Shown here piece after piece: positions 46,606 to 56,398 of a stretch of 61,635 bases of DNA. Under the pieces are notes generated by a model. That model saw nothing but the letters and a program-made list of their open reading frames with translations, was not told the DNA's origin and ran no database searches. The translations under genes were made by a program, and so were the position numbers. The stretch's first letter is position 1. Each line of letters opens with the position of its first letter. The DNA comes from Pseudomonadota bacterium (lineage in GTDB: Bacteria; Myxococcota_A; UBA9160; PR03), in NCBI GenBank assembly GCA_003576805.1, contig QEVM01000004.1, positions 1 to 61,635 on the forward strand. Direction: 5' to 3'.

Positions 46606-47421
46606 ATGCACGCTCGCAACGCACTGCTCTCGTTCGCGCTCGCGGGGCTCCTCGTCGCGGGCGGCTGCGGCGACGACGCGCGGCGCGCCGCGCAGGACGA
46701 CGCGACGCCGCCCGTCGCGGCGGGCGAGCCGCAGCCGGCCGCCCAGCGCGAGGCCCGCGCGGCAGAGACGGGCTGCGACGCGCTGCCGTCCGCCGACGAG
46801 CTGCGCCGCCTGCTGGGCGAGGCGCCCGACGCGGGCGACGCGGGCGGGCTCTTCGGCGGCCGCAAGGAGTGGGTCGCGACGGTGAACCGCTCGGGCGAGC
46901 TGTGCGCGGTCGTCGTCTCGACCGACGATCCCGCCGCGGCGTGGCCCGGCAGCCAGGCGATCGCGAAGGCGAAGGCGTACACCGCCAACGCCTTCAGCAC
47001 GGACGACACGCCGCTCTCGACGGCGCGCCTCTACACGATGACGCAGCCGGGGCACTCGCTGTACGGCCTGCACGCGGCGAACCCGATGCATCCCGACTGC
47101 CTCGCCGCGCCGGACGAGCACCGGGACGCCGAACGCCGCATCTGCGGCGGCATCATCACCTTCGGCGGCGGCGTCCCGCTCTACCGGGACGGCAAGCGCG
47201 TCGGCGGTCTGGGCGCGAGCGGCGACACCGCGTGCGCCGATCACGAGATCGCCAAGCGCATCCGCGACAAGGCGGGCCTGAACCCGCCGGGCGGTCCGGG
47301 CGCCGACGACATCACGTACGCGTCCAGCGACGGCGCCACGCCTTTCACGCACCCGCTCTGCGCGAACACCTGGCGCGACGGCCAGCAGATCGGCGACGAA
47401 TCGCCCGCGAGCGGGTACTGA
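46606..47421 (+). CDS. GlcG/HbpS-like (DUF336) heme-binding-type lipoprotein
   Basis: AAGGAGG lies 8 nt before the ATG at 46606. The signal peptide has LLVAGGC. The C-terminal half (AIAKAKAYTANAFS...GGIITFGGGVPLY..GKRVGGLGASGDT) matches the GlcG/DUF336 fold. Confidence 0.75.
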   Translation: MHARNALLSFALAGLLVAGGCGDDARRAAQDDATPPVAAGEPQPAAQREARAAETGCDALPSADELRRLLGEAPDAGDAGGLFGGRKEWVATVNRSGELCAVVVSTDDPAAAWPGSQAIAKAKAYTANAFSTDDTPLSTARLYTMTQPGHSLYGLHAANPMHPDCLAAPDEHRDAERRICGGIITFGGGVPLYRDGKRVGGLGASGDTACADHEIAKRIRDKAGLNPPGGPGADDITYASSDGATPFTHPLCANTWRDGQQIGDESPASGY

Positions 47422-47422
47422 G

Positions 47423-48253
47423 GTGAAGCGGCGTCCGCTCGCCGGCGCGGCGCTCGCGGCCTTCGCGACGCTCGCGGCGCTCGGGCCGGCGCGCGCGGTC
47501 GCGGCCGAGGCGGCGAAGCCGGCGCGCACGCTGCGCGTGTGCGCCGACCCGAACAACATGCCGTTCTCGAACGAGCGCCGCGAAGGCATGGAGAACGCGC
47601 TCGCCGAGCTGGTCGCGCGCGAGCTCGGCGCGACCGTCGAGTACACCTGGCTGCCGCAGCGACGCGGCTTCGTGCGCAACACGCTCGGCGCGCAGCTGTG
47701 CGACGTGATGATGTCCGCGCCGACGAGCTTCGAGCGGGTCCTCACGACCGCGCCGTACTACCGCTCGACCTACGTCTTCGTGCAGCGCGCCGGCGCCGAG
47801 CCGATCCGCTCCTTCGACGATCCCGCGCTGCGCACTTTGCGCGTCGCGGTGCAGCTCGTCGGCGACGACGGCTGGAACACGCCGCCGGCGCACGCGCTGG
47901 CCAAGCGCGGCATCGTGGCCAACGTGCGCGGCTACACGCTCTACGGCGACTACGCGCAGCCGGACCCGCCGGCGCGCATCGTGGACGCGGTCGCGCGCGG
48001 CGACGTCGACGTCGCGGTCGCGTGGGGTCCGCTGGCGGGCTGGTTCGCGACGCGCGAGCCGGTGCCGCTCGCGCTCACGCCGGTGTCGCCGCAGATCGAC
48101 CTGCCGTTCCTGCCGTTCGTGTTCGACATCGCGATGGGCGTGCGGCGCGGCGACGAGCGGCTGCGCGACGAGCTCGACGGCGTGATCGAGCGGCGGCGCG
48201 CCGAGATCGACGCGCTGCTCGCGCGCTACGGCGTGCCGCGGGTGGACCGGTGA
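47423..48253 (+). CDS. xoxJ: quinoprotein dehydrogenase-associated periplasmic binding protein (MoxJ/XoxJ family)
   Basis: Signal peptide, then LRVCADPNNMPFSN, which is the hallmark of the MoxJ/XoxJ SBP-like family. The start is GTG. Confidence 0.85.
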   Translation: MKRRPLAGAALAAFATLAALGPARAVAAEAAKPARTLRVCADPNNMPFSNERREGMENALAELVARELGATVEYTWLPQRRGFVRNTLGAQLCDVMMSAPTSFERVLTTAPYYRSTYVFVQRAGAEPIRSFDDPALRTLRVAVQLVGDDGWNTPPAHALAKRGIVANVRGYTLYGDYAQPDPPARIVDAVARGDVDVAVAWGPLAGWFATREPVPLALTPVSPQIDLPFLPFVFDIAMGVRRGDERLRDELDGVIERRRAEIDALLARYGVPRVDR

Positions 48254-49269
48254 GCCGGCGCGCCGCGGCGCTGCTCGCGGCGCTGCTCGCGTGCGCCGCG
48301 CCGGCGCGCGCGGCCGAGCAGGTGTGGGTCAGCAACGAGCGCGACGGCACGGTGTCGGTGATCGACGCGGAGACCGATCGCGTGGTCGCGACGGTCGCGA
48401 CCGGCGGCCGGCCGCGCGGCATCCAGGCGGCGCGCGACGGCTCGCGCGTGTACGTCGCCGTGAGCCGGCCGAAGACCTCGACGGATCCCGCCTTTCCGGA
48501 GGGCGTCGCGGTGATCGAGGCGGCGGCGCGCCGCGTGTCGGGGCTCGCGGCGGTCGGCACGGATCCCGAGCAGTTTGCGATCGGCGAGAGCCCGCCGGCG
48601 CTCTACACGTCGAACGAGGACGCGGGCACGGCGTCGGTGACGGAGCTGCCGACGGGGCGAGTCGTCGCGACGCTCGTCGTCGGCATCGAGCCCGAAGGCG
48701 TCGCGATCAGCCCCGACGGCCGCTGGGTCTACGTGACCGCCGAGACCAGCAACACGATCTCGGTGATCGACACGCGCGAGCCCGCGGTCGTCGCGAACTT
48801 CCTGGTCGAGGCGCGCCCGCGCCACGCGACCTTCACGCCCGACGGGCGCTTCGCGTTCGTGACCGCCGAAGTGGGGCGCGCGGTGTCGGTGGTGGACGTC
48901 GCGAAGCACGCGGTGATCGGGACCTTCCGCTTCGAGCGGCCCGAGCAGCGGCCGGTCGGCGCGGTCGTCTCGCCCGACGGCGCGCGCCTCTACGTCGCGA
49001 CGGGTCGCGCGCACAGCGTCGCGGTCTTCGACGTCGCCGAGCCGGCGAAGCCCAAGCTCGTCGCCGAGGTGCCGGTCGGCACGCGGCCGTGGGGCGTCGG
49101 GCTGACCGGCGACGGCCGCAAGCTCTACGTCGCCAACGGCGTGTCGAACGACGTGTCGGTGCTCGACACGCGCGCGCAGCGTGTGATCGCGACGATTCCG
49201 GCCGGCGACGGCCCGTGGGGCGTCGCGATCGCGCCCGCTTCGCCGAGCCGGAAGGCGGAAGCGCGCTGA
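48250..49269 (+). CDS. YVTN-family beta-propeller protein (PQQ-catabolism-associated type)
   Basis: The GTG start overlaps the xoxJ stop (GTGA). It has a signal peptide and repeated SPDG(R/A)..YV(T/A) units. Confidence 0.85.
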   Translation: MSRRAAALLAALLACAAPARAAEQVWVSNERDGTVSVIDAETDRVVATVATGGRPRGIQAARDGSRVYVAVSRPKTSTDPAFPEGVAVIEAAARRVSGLAAVGTDPEQFAIGESPPALYTSNEDAGTASVTELPTGRVVATLVVGIEPEGVAISPDGRWVYVTAETSNTISVIDTREPAVVANFLVEARPRHATFTPDGRFAFVTAEVGRAVSVVDVAKHAVIGTFRFERPEQRPVGAVVSPDGARLYVATGRAHSVAVFDVAEPAKPKLVAEVPVGTRPWGVGLTGDGRKLYVANGVSNDVSVLDTRAQRVIATIPAGDGPWGVAIAPASPSRKAEAR

Positions 49270-49372
49270 ACCGCCGCACGCTCGCCCCATTTCGGGCGTT
49301 TACGGAACGCGCCGTCTCGTTTATTGTGGGTCCCCCGCGCGGCCCGCACGTCCGCGCGCCCGGGAGGCGACG

Positions 49373-50233
49373 TTGGACAAGCGCACGACCGCGGCCGCCG
49401 TCGTCTCGGAGCTGCGCGACGGCATGACGCTCGGCATCGGCGGCTGGGGGTCGCGGCGCAAGCCGATGGCGCTGGTGCGCGAGATCCTGCGCTCGCCGGT
49501 GAGGGACCTGACGGTCGTCTCGTACGGCGGCCCCGACGTCGGCCTGCTCTGCGCCGCGGGCAAGGTGAGGAAGCTCGTCTACGGCTTCGTGTCGCTCGAC
49601 TCGATCCCGCTCGAGCCGCACTTCCGCAAGGCGCGCGAGGCCGGCGCCTTCGAGGCCGCCGAGCTCGACGAGGGCATGCTCCAGTGGGGACTGTACGCGG
49701 CCGCGCTGCGGCTGCCGTTCCTGCCGACGCGCGCGGGGCTCGGCTCGAGCGTGATGGACGTCAATCCGGCGCTGCGCACCGTGCGCTCGCCGTACGCCGA
49801 CGGCGAAGAGCTGGTCGCGATGCCGGCGCTCCCGCTCGACGTCGCGATCGTGCACATGAACCGCGCCGACGCGCGCGGCAACGGCCAGTTCCTCGGCCCC
49901 GATCCGTACTTCGACGACCTCTACTGCATGGCCGCGAAGCGCCGCTTCCTCTCCTGCGAGCAGATCGTCGACACGCGCGAGTTCGCGAAGTTCGGCTCGG
50001 TGCACACGCTCAAGATCAACCGCACCATGGTCGACGGCGTCGTCGAGACGCCGAACGGCGCGCACTTCACCGAGTGCCCGCCCGACTACGGCCGCGACGA
50101 AGCGTTCCAGCGCGAGTACGCGGCGACCGCGAAGAGCGCCGACGCGTGGGCCGAGTTCCGGGCGCGCTTCCTCGACGTCGAGAGCGAGGCTGCGTACCAG
50201 GAAGCCGTGCGCGCCTGGCGGGGGACGAAGTGA
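49373..50233 (+). CDS. CoA-transferase family I subunit A-like (IpdA-like)
   Basis: TTG start after GGGAGG. DGMTLGIGGWGSRRKPMALVREI is typical of the glutaconate-CoA-transferase-like alpha subunit. Confidence 0.85.
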   Translation: MDKRTTAAAVVSELRDGMTLGIGGWGSRRKPMALVREILRSPVRDLTVVSYGGPDVGLLCAAGKVRKLVYGFVSLDSIPLEPHFRKAREAGAFEAAELDEGMLQWGLYAAALRLPFLPTRAGLGSSVMDVNPALRTVRSPYADGEELVAMPALPLDVAIVHMNRADARGNGQFLGPDPYFDDLYCMAAKRRFLSCEQIVDTREFAKFGSVHTLKINRTMVDGVVETPNGAHFTECPPDYGRDEAFQREYAATAKSADAWAEFRARFLDVESEAAYQEAVRAWRGTK

Positions 50234-50991
50234 GCGCTGCAACGCGCGCCGAGATCTGCGCCGTCGCGATGGCCGACGCGTTCCGCGGCGACGGCGAGAT
50301 CCTGGTGTCGTGCTTCGGCACGGTTCCGGCGATCGGCGCGCGGCTCGCGCGCCTCACCTTCGCGCCCGACCTGCTGCTGACCGACGGCATCGCGCACCTC
50401 TTGGCCGACGTGCAGCCCGTCAGCGGCAAGCCGTCGGGCGATCCGGTGATCGAGGGCTGGCTGCCGTTCCGCGCCGTCTTCGACCTGCTCTGGTCGGGGC
50501 GGCGCCACGTCGTGATGATGGCGAGCCAGATCGACCGCTTCGGCAACCACAACTTCGCCTGCATCGGCCCGCACGCGAGGCCGAAGGCGCAGCTGCTCGG
50601 CATGCGCGGCGCGCCCGGCAACACGGTGAGCCACCCCACGAGCTACTGGGTGCCGGCGCACACCGCGAAGGTGTTCGTCGAGCAGGTGGACGTCGTGTCG
50701 GGCGTCGGATACGACCGCGCCGCGAAGCTGGGAGCGGGGGCGCGCTTCCACGAGATCCGGCGCGTCGTGTCGAACCTCGGCGTCTTCGACTTCGCGACGG
50801 ACGATCGCACGATGCGGCTCGCGTCGTTGCACCCGGGCGTCACGCTCGACGACGTGCGCGCCGCGACGTCGTTCCCGCTCGCGACCGACGCGGACGTCGC
50901 GACGACGCGCGAGCCGACCGCCGAGGAGCTGCGGCTGATCCGCGACGTGCTCGACCCGGAGCGGCTGCGCGACCGCGAAGTGCCGAGCTAG
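50230..50991 (+). CDS. CoA-transferase subunit B-like (IpdB-like)
   Basis: The GTG start overlaps the upstream stop (GTGA). ASQIDRFGNHNF...G.RG.PGN matches the beta-subunit family. Confidence 0.8.
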   Translation: MSAATRAEICAVAMADAFRGDGEILVSCFGTVPAIGARLARLTFAPDLLLTDGIAHLLADVQPVSGKPSGDPVIEGWLPFRAVFDLLWSGRRHVVMMASQIDRFGNHNFACIGPHARPKAQLLGMRGAPGNTVSHPTSYWVPAHTAKVFVEQVDVVSGVGYDRAAKLGAGARFHEIRRVVSNLGVFDFATDDRTMRLASLHPGVTLDDVRAATSFPLATDADVATTREPTAEELRLIRDVLDPERLRDREVPS

Positions 50992-50996
50992 CGGGC

Positions 50997-52052
50997 ATGC
51001 CGTCGCCGCTCCACACGCCGCTCTGCGATCTGCTCGGCATCCGCGTCCCGATCATCCAGACGGGCATGGGCTGGGTCGCGACGCCGGAGCTGGTCGCGGC
51101 GGTGTGCAACGCGGGCGCGTTCGGCTTCCTCGCCGCGGCGACGCTGCGACCCGAGGAAGTGTCGGGCGAGATCGAACGCGTGAAGGCGCTGACCGACGGG
51201 CCGTTCGGCGTGAACTTCCTGATGGACGCGCCCGGCGCCGACGTCGTCACCGAAGCGATCATCCGCCACGGCGTGCGCGCCGCCGGCTACAACCGCGCGC
51301 CGAGCGCGGCGCTGATCGGCCGGCTGAAGGACGCCGGCGTCCTCTGCATCCCGACCTGCGGCCATCCCAAGCACGCGCAGAAGGCCGAGAAGCTGGGCGC
51401 CGACGTGATCGTCGTGCAGGGCGGCGAGGGCGGCGGGCACACCGGCACGGTGCCCACCACGCTGCTCGTCTCGCGCTCCGCCGACCTCGTGCGCGTGCCG
51501 GTCGTCGCGGCGGGCGGCTTCCACGACGGGCGCGGGCTCGTCGCGGCGCTCGCGTTCGGCGCGGTCGGCATCGCGATGGGCACGCGCTTCCTGCTGACCG
51601 CCGAGAGTCCGGTCCCGCCCGTGACGACGGACCGCTATCTCGCCGCGACCGTCGACGACGTGCTCGTCACGCGGCAGATCGACGGCCTGCCGCAGCGCGT
51701 GGTGCGCAACGAGCTGGTCGAGCGGCTCGAAGGCGCGCACGGCGCGCGCTCGCTGCTGCTCGCGTTCCGCAACGCGCTCGCGTTTCGCAAGGTCTCGGGC
51801 GCGTCGCTCGGCGATCTGCTGCGCTCGGGCCTCGCGATGCGCCAGCACGAGCGCCTCTCGCGCGCGCAGATGCTGATGGCGGCGAACGCGCCGATCCTCG
51901 CGAAGACCGCGATGACCGACGGCGATCCCGTGCGCGGCTATCTTCCGAGCGGCACCGTCGCGGGCGTCATCGCCGACCGTCCCTCCTGCGCCGAGCTGAT
52001 CGAGCGCATCATCGCCGAAGCGGAAGCCACGCTGCAGCGGCTCGCCGGCTAG
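50997..52052 (+). CDS. nitronate monooxygenase / enoyl-reductase family FMN protein (IpdC-like)
   Basis: LLGIRVPIIQTGMGWVATPELVAAVCNAGAFGFL and VIVVQGGEGGGHTG are NMO/FabK-family hallmarks. Confidence 0.85.
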   Translation: MPSPLHTPLCDLLGIRVPIIQTGMGWVATPELVAAVCNAGAFGFLAAATLRPEEVSGEIERVKALTDGPFGVNFLMDAPGADVVTEAIIRHGVRAAGYNRAPSAALIGRLKDAGVLCIPTCGHPKHAQKAEKLGADVIVVQGGEGGGHTGTVPTTLLVSRSADLVRVPVVAAGGFHDGRGLVAALAFGAVGIAMGTRFLLTAESPVPPVTTDRYLAATVDDVLVTRQIDGLPQRVVRNELVERLEGAHGARSLLLAFRNALAFRKVSGASLGDLLRSGLAMRQHERLSRAQMLMAANAPILAKTAMTDGDPVRGYLPSGTVAGVIADRPSCAELIERIIAEAEATLQRLAG

Positions 52053-52060
52053 GAGCCCCC

Positions 52061-52825
52061 ATGTCGATCGAAGTCCGCTGGCACGAAGGCATCACCGAGG
52101 TGGTGCTGAACCACCCGCCCGTGAACGCGCTCGACTCGCGCGGCTGGTTCGAGCTGGCCGACACGATGCGCCGTCTCGGGCGCGACGAGTCGGTGCGCGT
52201 CGTGGTGCTGCGCGCGGAGGGCCGCGGCTTCTGCGCCGGCGTGGACATCAAGGAGCTCGCCCAGGACGGGCGCCTCATCACGCAGGTGAACCGCGGCTGC
52301 TACGAGGCGTTCGGCGCGATCTACGACTGCGAAGTGCCCGTGATCAGCGCCGTGCACGGCTTCTGCCTCGGCGGCGGGATCGGCATGGCGGGCTCGTCCG
52401 ACGTCGTGATCGCGAGCGAGGACGCGAGCTTCGGCCTGCCCGAGATCGACCGCGGCGCGCTCGGCGCGGCCACGCACCTGATGCGCATGTTCGGCATGCA
52501 CAAGACGCGCCGCATGCTCTACACGGGCGAGACGATCACCGCGCAGGAGGCGCTGCGGCTCGGCGGCATCGAGAGCGTCGTGCCGCGCGACGGGCTGCTC
52601 GCCGCCGCGCGCGAGCTCGCGGGCAAGATCGCGAGCAAGAGCCCGAAGGCGGTGCGGCTCGCCAAGTGGTCGCTGAACGGCATCGAGCTGCTCGACGTCA
52701 AGAAGAGCTACCGCTTCGAGCAGGGCTTCACGCTCGAGCTCTACACCTCACCCGACTCGCAGGAAGCGCGCGACGCCTTCGTCGAGAAACGCCAAGCGCG
52801 ATTCGACGAAGAACGCGGTCGCTGA
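52061..52825 (+). CDS. enoyl-CoA hydratase/isomerase (crotonase) family protein (EchA20-like by context)
   Basis: VVVLRAEGRGFCAGVDIKE and the oxyanion-hole GFCLGGG. AGGAG lies before the ATG. Confidence 0.9.
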   Translation: MSIEVRWHEGITEVVLNHPPVNALDSRGWFELADTMRRLGRDESVRVVVLRAEGRGFCAGVDIKELAQDGRLITQVNRGCYEAFGAIYDCEVPVISAVHGFCLGGGIGMAGSSDVVIASEDASFGLPEIDRGALGAATHLMRMFGMHKTRRMLYTGETITAQEALRLGGIESVVPRDGLLAAARELAGKIASKSPKAVRLAKWSLNGIELLDVKKSYRFEQGFTLELYTSPDSQEARDAFVEKRQARFDEERGR

Positions 52826-53626
52826 CGCGCCGCATTGACTTCCGTGTGTCGCGCATGGGACGATGACCCGACGGAGGAGATCGTCCACATGCCGCGTTCG
52901 ACACGCCTCCTGCATGGCATCGCGCTCGCCGGGTTGCTCGCACTTCCCGCGTCCACGTCGGCCTTTCCGCTTTAGTACACGGGTACGCTCTCGATCCGCT
53001 ACCTCGGGCATCCTCCGCTCGTGTCGTCCGCCGGCTCGGGCACCGCCGAGGTGCAGGCCACCGCCGGGCTCTTGCAGAGCGCGCAGCTCGAGGCCGGCCT
53101 GGACTTCTTCGGCTTCGCGAGCGTCGTGCCGAGCGCCACCTCCGTCTATCCCGTCATCGGCATCAGCGGGCAGTTCGCCTTGTGGCCGGTGTCCAGCCCG
53201 ACGGCGCAGACGATCGCGCGGCAGACCAGCGGCCGGCTCGGGGCCGCGATCCCGCTGTTCGGTTACAGCCGCGTGTGCCTGTTCGGCACGAGCTGCGCGA
53301 ACGCGACCGCCGACCTCTCGATCTTCTTGAACTCGGGGAACGAGGCGGTCGGCTTCGGAGGCGCGTGGACCGTCGCGATCCCCGGCGACCCGAACGTGTA
53401 CGTCACGGGCGCGCCGTGGACGACGGGCACCGCGGACGCCGGAATGGGCGTCACTGCGATGGGATTCGCGCGCGGTCCGGATTCGAACCCGGGCAGCACG
53501 GCCCGCAGCGGCGGCCAGATGAATCTCGTGACGCCGATCTTCGTGCGCTCCGTCATCGGCGGGAACACGTATCGCCTGCCCGGGGTCGCCACACTGGCCC
53601 TCGAGTTCACGAGCGACGCGCCGGCG

Positions 53627-53929
53627 TGCAACAACGGCGACGATGACGATGGCGACGGGCTGGGCGACTACCCTGCCGATCCCGGCTGCGTGAGCGGCGA
53701 CGATCCGTCCGAGAAGGATGCGTCGCTCGCCTGCGACGACGGAATCGACAACGACGGCGACGGCTTCATCGACGATCCCGCCGATCCCGGCTGCTTCGAT
53801 CCGGCCTGGGCGCAGGAGGACTCCAAGTGCCAGAACGGCCTGGACGACGACGGCGATGGCGCGATCGACTTCGACGGCGGCGCGTCCGTGCATGGGGGCA
53901 CGCCGATCGCCGCCCCGGATCCGCAATGC
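53627..53929 (+). repeat. three DNDGDG Cys-bracketed acidic repeats
   Basis: CNNGDDDDGDGLGDYPADPGC, CDDGIDNDGDGFIDDPADPGC, CQNGLDDDGDGAIDFDGG...PDPQC. Confidence 0.85.
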
Positions 53930-53959
53930 GGGCAGGCTCACAGGAACCGCGAGGCCCCG

Positions 53960-54028
53960 TCGTCGTGCGGGCTCGGCGCCGAAGTGGCGCTCGCGCTGGC
54001 TGGCCTCGTCGCGTGGCGCCGCCGCCGC
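53960..54028 (+). other. Cys-containing C-terminal sorting signal (SSCGLGAEVALALAGLVAWRRRR)
   Basis: Read from the translation. It is followed by a 13-aa basic tail. Confidence 0.6.
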
Positions 54029-54121
54029 GGTGACCGCTCCGGCCGTGGGAGCGCGATCGACCGCTGATCCGGTGTGGTCCCGCCCCGCGACCGGCGGATC
54101 CCGCGAATCCTGCGAGCTGGC

Positions 54122-55252
<1,131 letters not shown>

Positions 55253-55577
55253 GTCTCTCTTCGGGCGCTCGTCGGCGCCGGGTCCGCGCGCGCGGCCGGA
55301 GCGTCCGGCGCGCACGGGGATCGTGGAGGGCCGGCGCCGTGCGCTGGCCCGCTGTGTGTTGGCGTTCTCTCGCTGGATCGACGTGCGCGGCTCGGTTCGG
55401 GGAGAGAGCCGGAGCGCTTTGGCGGCACGTCCGAAAGTCGGTGGGATCGGCCCGTGAATCTCGGAGAAGATCGAAGCGCAGAATGCCCTGCGGACTGGTT
55501 GCCTATCGGCCGCAGCGACTCGCACCTTAGCAGCCGAGCCGCAGCTACGCTCGGAGCCGCGGAAACACGAGGTTTTC

Positions 55578-56042
55578 TTGATCGCGATCCTGGTCGACGC
55601 CGACGCGTGCCCCGTGAAGGACGAGGTGTACGCAGTGGCGACCCGCTACGACGTGCCCGTCGCGGTCGTCGCCAACGCGCCGATGTCGGTGCCGCGCGGC
55701 TCGGGCGCGCAGCTCGTCGTCGTCGGCCGCGACCTCGACGCCGCCGACGACTGGATCGCGGCGCACGCGCAACCCGGCGACGTCGTCGTGACGGCCGACG
55801 TCCCGCTCGCCGCGCGCTGCCTCGCCGCGGGCGCGCGCGTGCTGCGCCCCGACGGCCGCATCTTCGACGACGCCATGATCGGCGACGCGCTCGCGACGCG
55901 TCAGCTCATGTCCGACCTGCGCGAACAGGGCAGCGTGTCGGGCGGCCCCAAACCCCTCGCCGACAAGGACCGCGCCCGCTTCGCCTCCCGCCTCGACCAG
56001 ATGGTCCAACTCTCCCTCCGCGAAACCACCCCGCAACCGTAA
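55578..56042 (+). CDS. yaiI: YaiI/YqxD family protein (UPF0178/DUF188)
   Basis: [15 protein letters not shown] is the family N-terminal signature. The start is TTG at 55578. Confidence 0.8.
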   Translation: MIAILVDADACPVKDEVYAVATRYDVPVAVVANAPMSVPRGSGAQLVVVGRDLDAADDWIAAHAQPGDVVVTADVPLAARCLAAGARVLRPDGRIFDDAMIGDALATRQLMSDLREQGSVSGGPKPLADKDRARFASRLDQMVQLSLRETTPQP

Positions 56043-56397
56043 ACGCGAGCTCGCTGCATCGATCGCAGCACGAGAGCCCCGTTTCCCGCGTAGCGAGCCG
56101 CAGGCGAGCGGCGAGATCCCAAAGCTCGCGGTCGTACACGCAAGCTCGCCGTTCCGACCGAAGCGAACACGCCCGTTTCCCGCGTAGCGAGCCGCAGGCG
56201 AGCGGCGAGCCCACAAGGCTCGCGGTCGCACACGCAAGCTCGCTGTAACGCCCGCAGCACCGAGCCCGTTTCCCGCGTAGCGAGCCGCAGGCGAGCGGCG
56301 AGCCCACAAGGCTCGCGGTCGCACACGCAAGCTCGCTGTAACGCCCGCAGCTCGCGAGCCCCGTTTCCCGCGTAGCGAGCCAACGGCGAGTGGCGAG
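56043..56397. repeat. about 94-bp tandem repeat array (about 3.75 copies) containing the REP-like core in reverse orientation
   Basis: The core CCCGTTTCCCGCGTAGCGAGCCGCAGGCGAGCGGCGAG begins at 56078, 56172, 56265 and 56360. The segments between cores are also near-identical to each other. Confidence 0.9.
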
Positions 56398-56398
56398 A

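Larger units (their letters stand above)
52889..54067 (+). pseudogene. exported paralog of 5379..6167 fused to three DNDGDG repeats and a Cys-type C-terminal signal, interrupted by one in-frame TAG at 52973..52975
   Basis: GGAGGAG RBS and an ATG at 52889. Signal peptide MPRSTRLLHGIALAGLLALPASTSA, then FPL-TAG-YTGTLSIRYLG, which aligns to LPFTGTLAVEFG of the paralog. The frame is open to 54067. The track ORF (GTG at 53021) lacks any signal peptide. Confidence 0.6.

Noticed and set aside
52973-52975. Interpreting the in-frame TAG as pyrrolysine or another programmed recoding event.
   Set aside because: No pylTSBCD genes, suppressor tRNA or recoding signal are visible in this window. A single TAG cannot be distinguished from a nonsense mutation or a base error using the sequence alone. 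I keep it as a finding to check, not as a call.
56043-56397. CRISPR array: a regularly spaced 38-nt repeat at a period of about 94 bp.
   Set aside because: The 55-57-nt segments between repeats are themselves near-identical to one another, so they are not unique spacers. No cas genes or leader are present. The same core occurs singly and at 43-bp spacing at other loci. This is a tandem/REP-like repeat.
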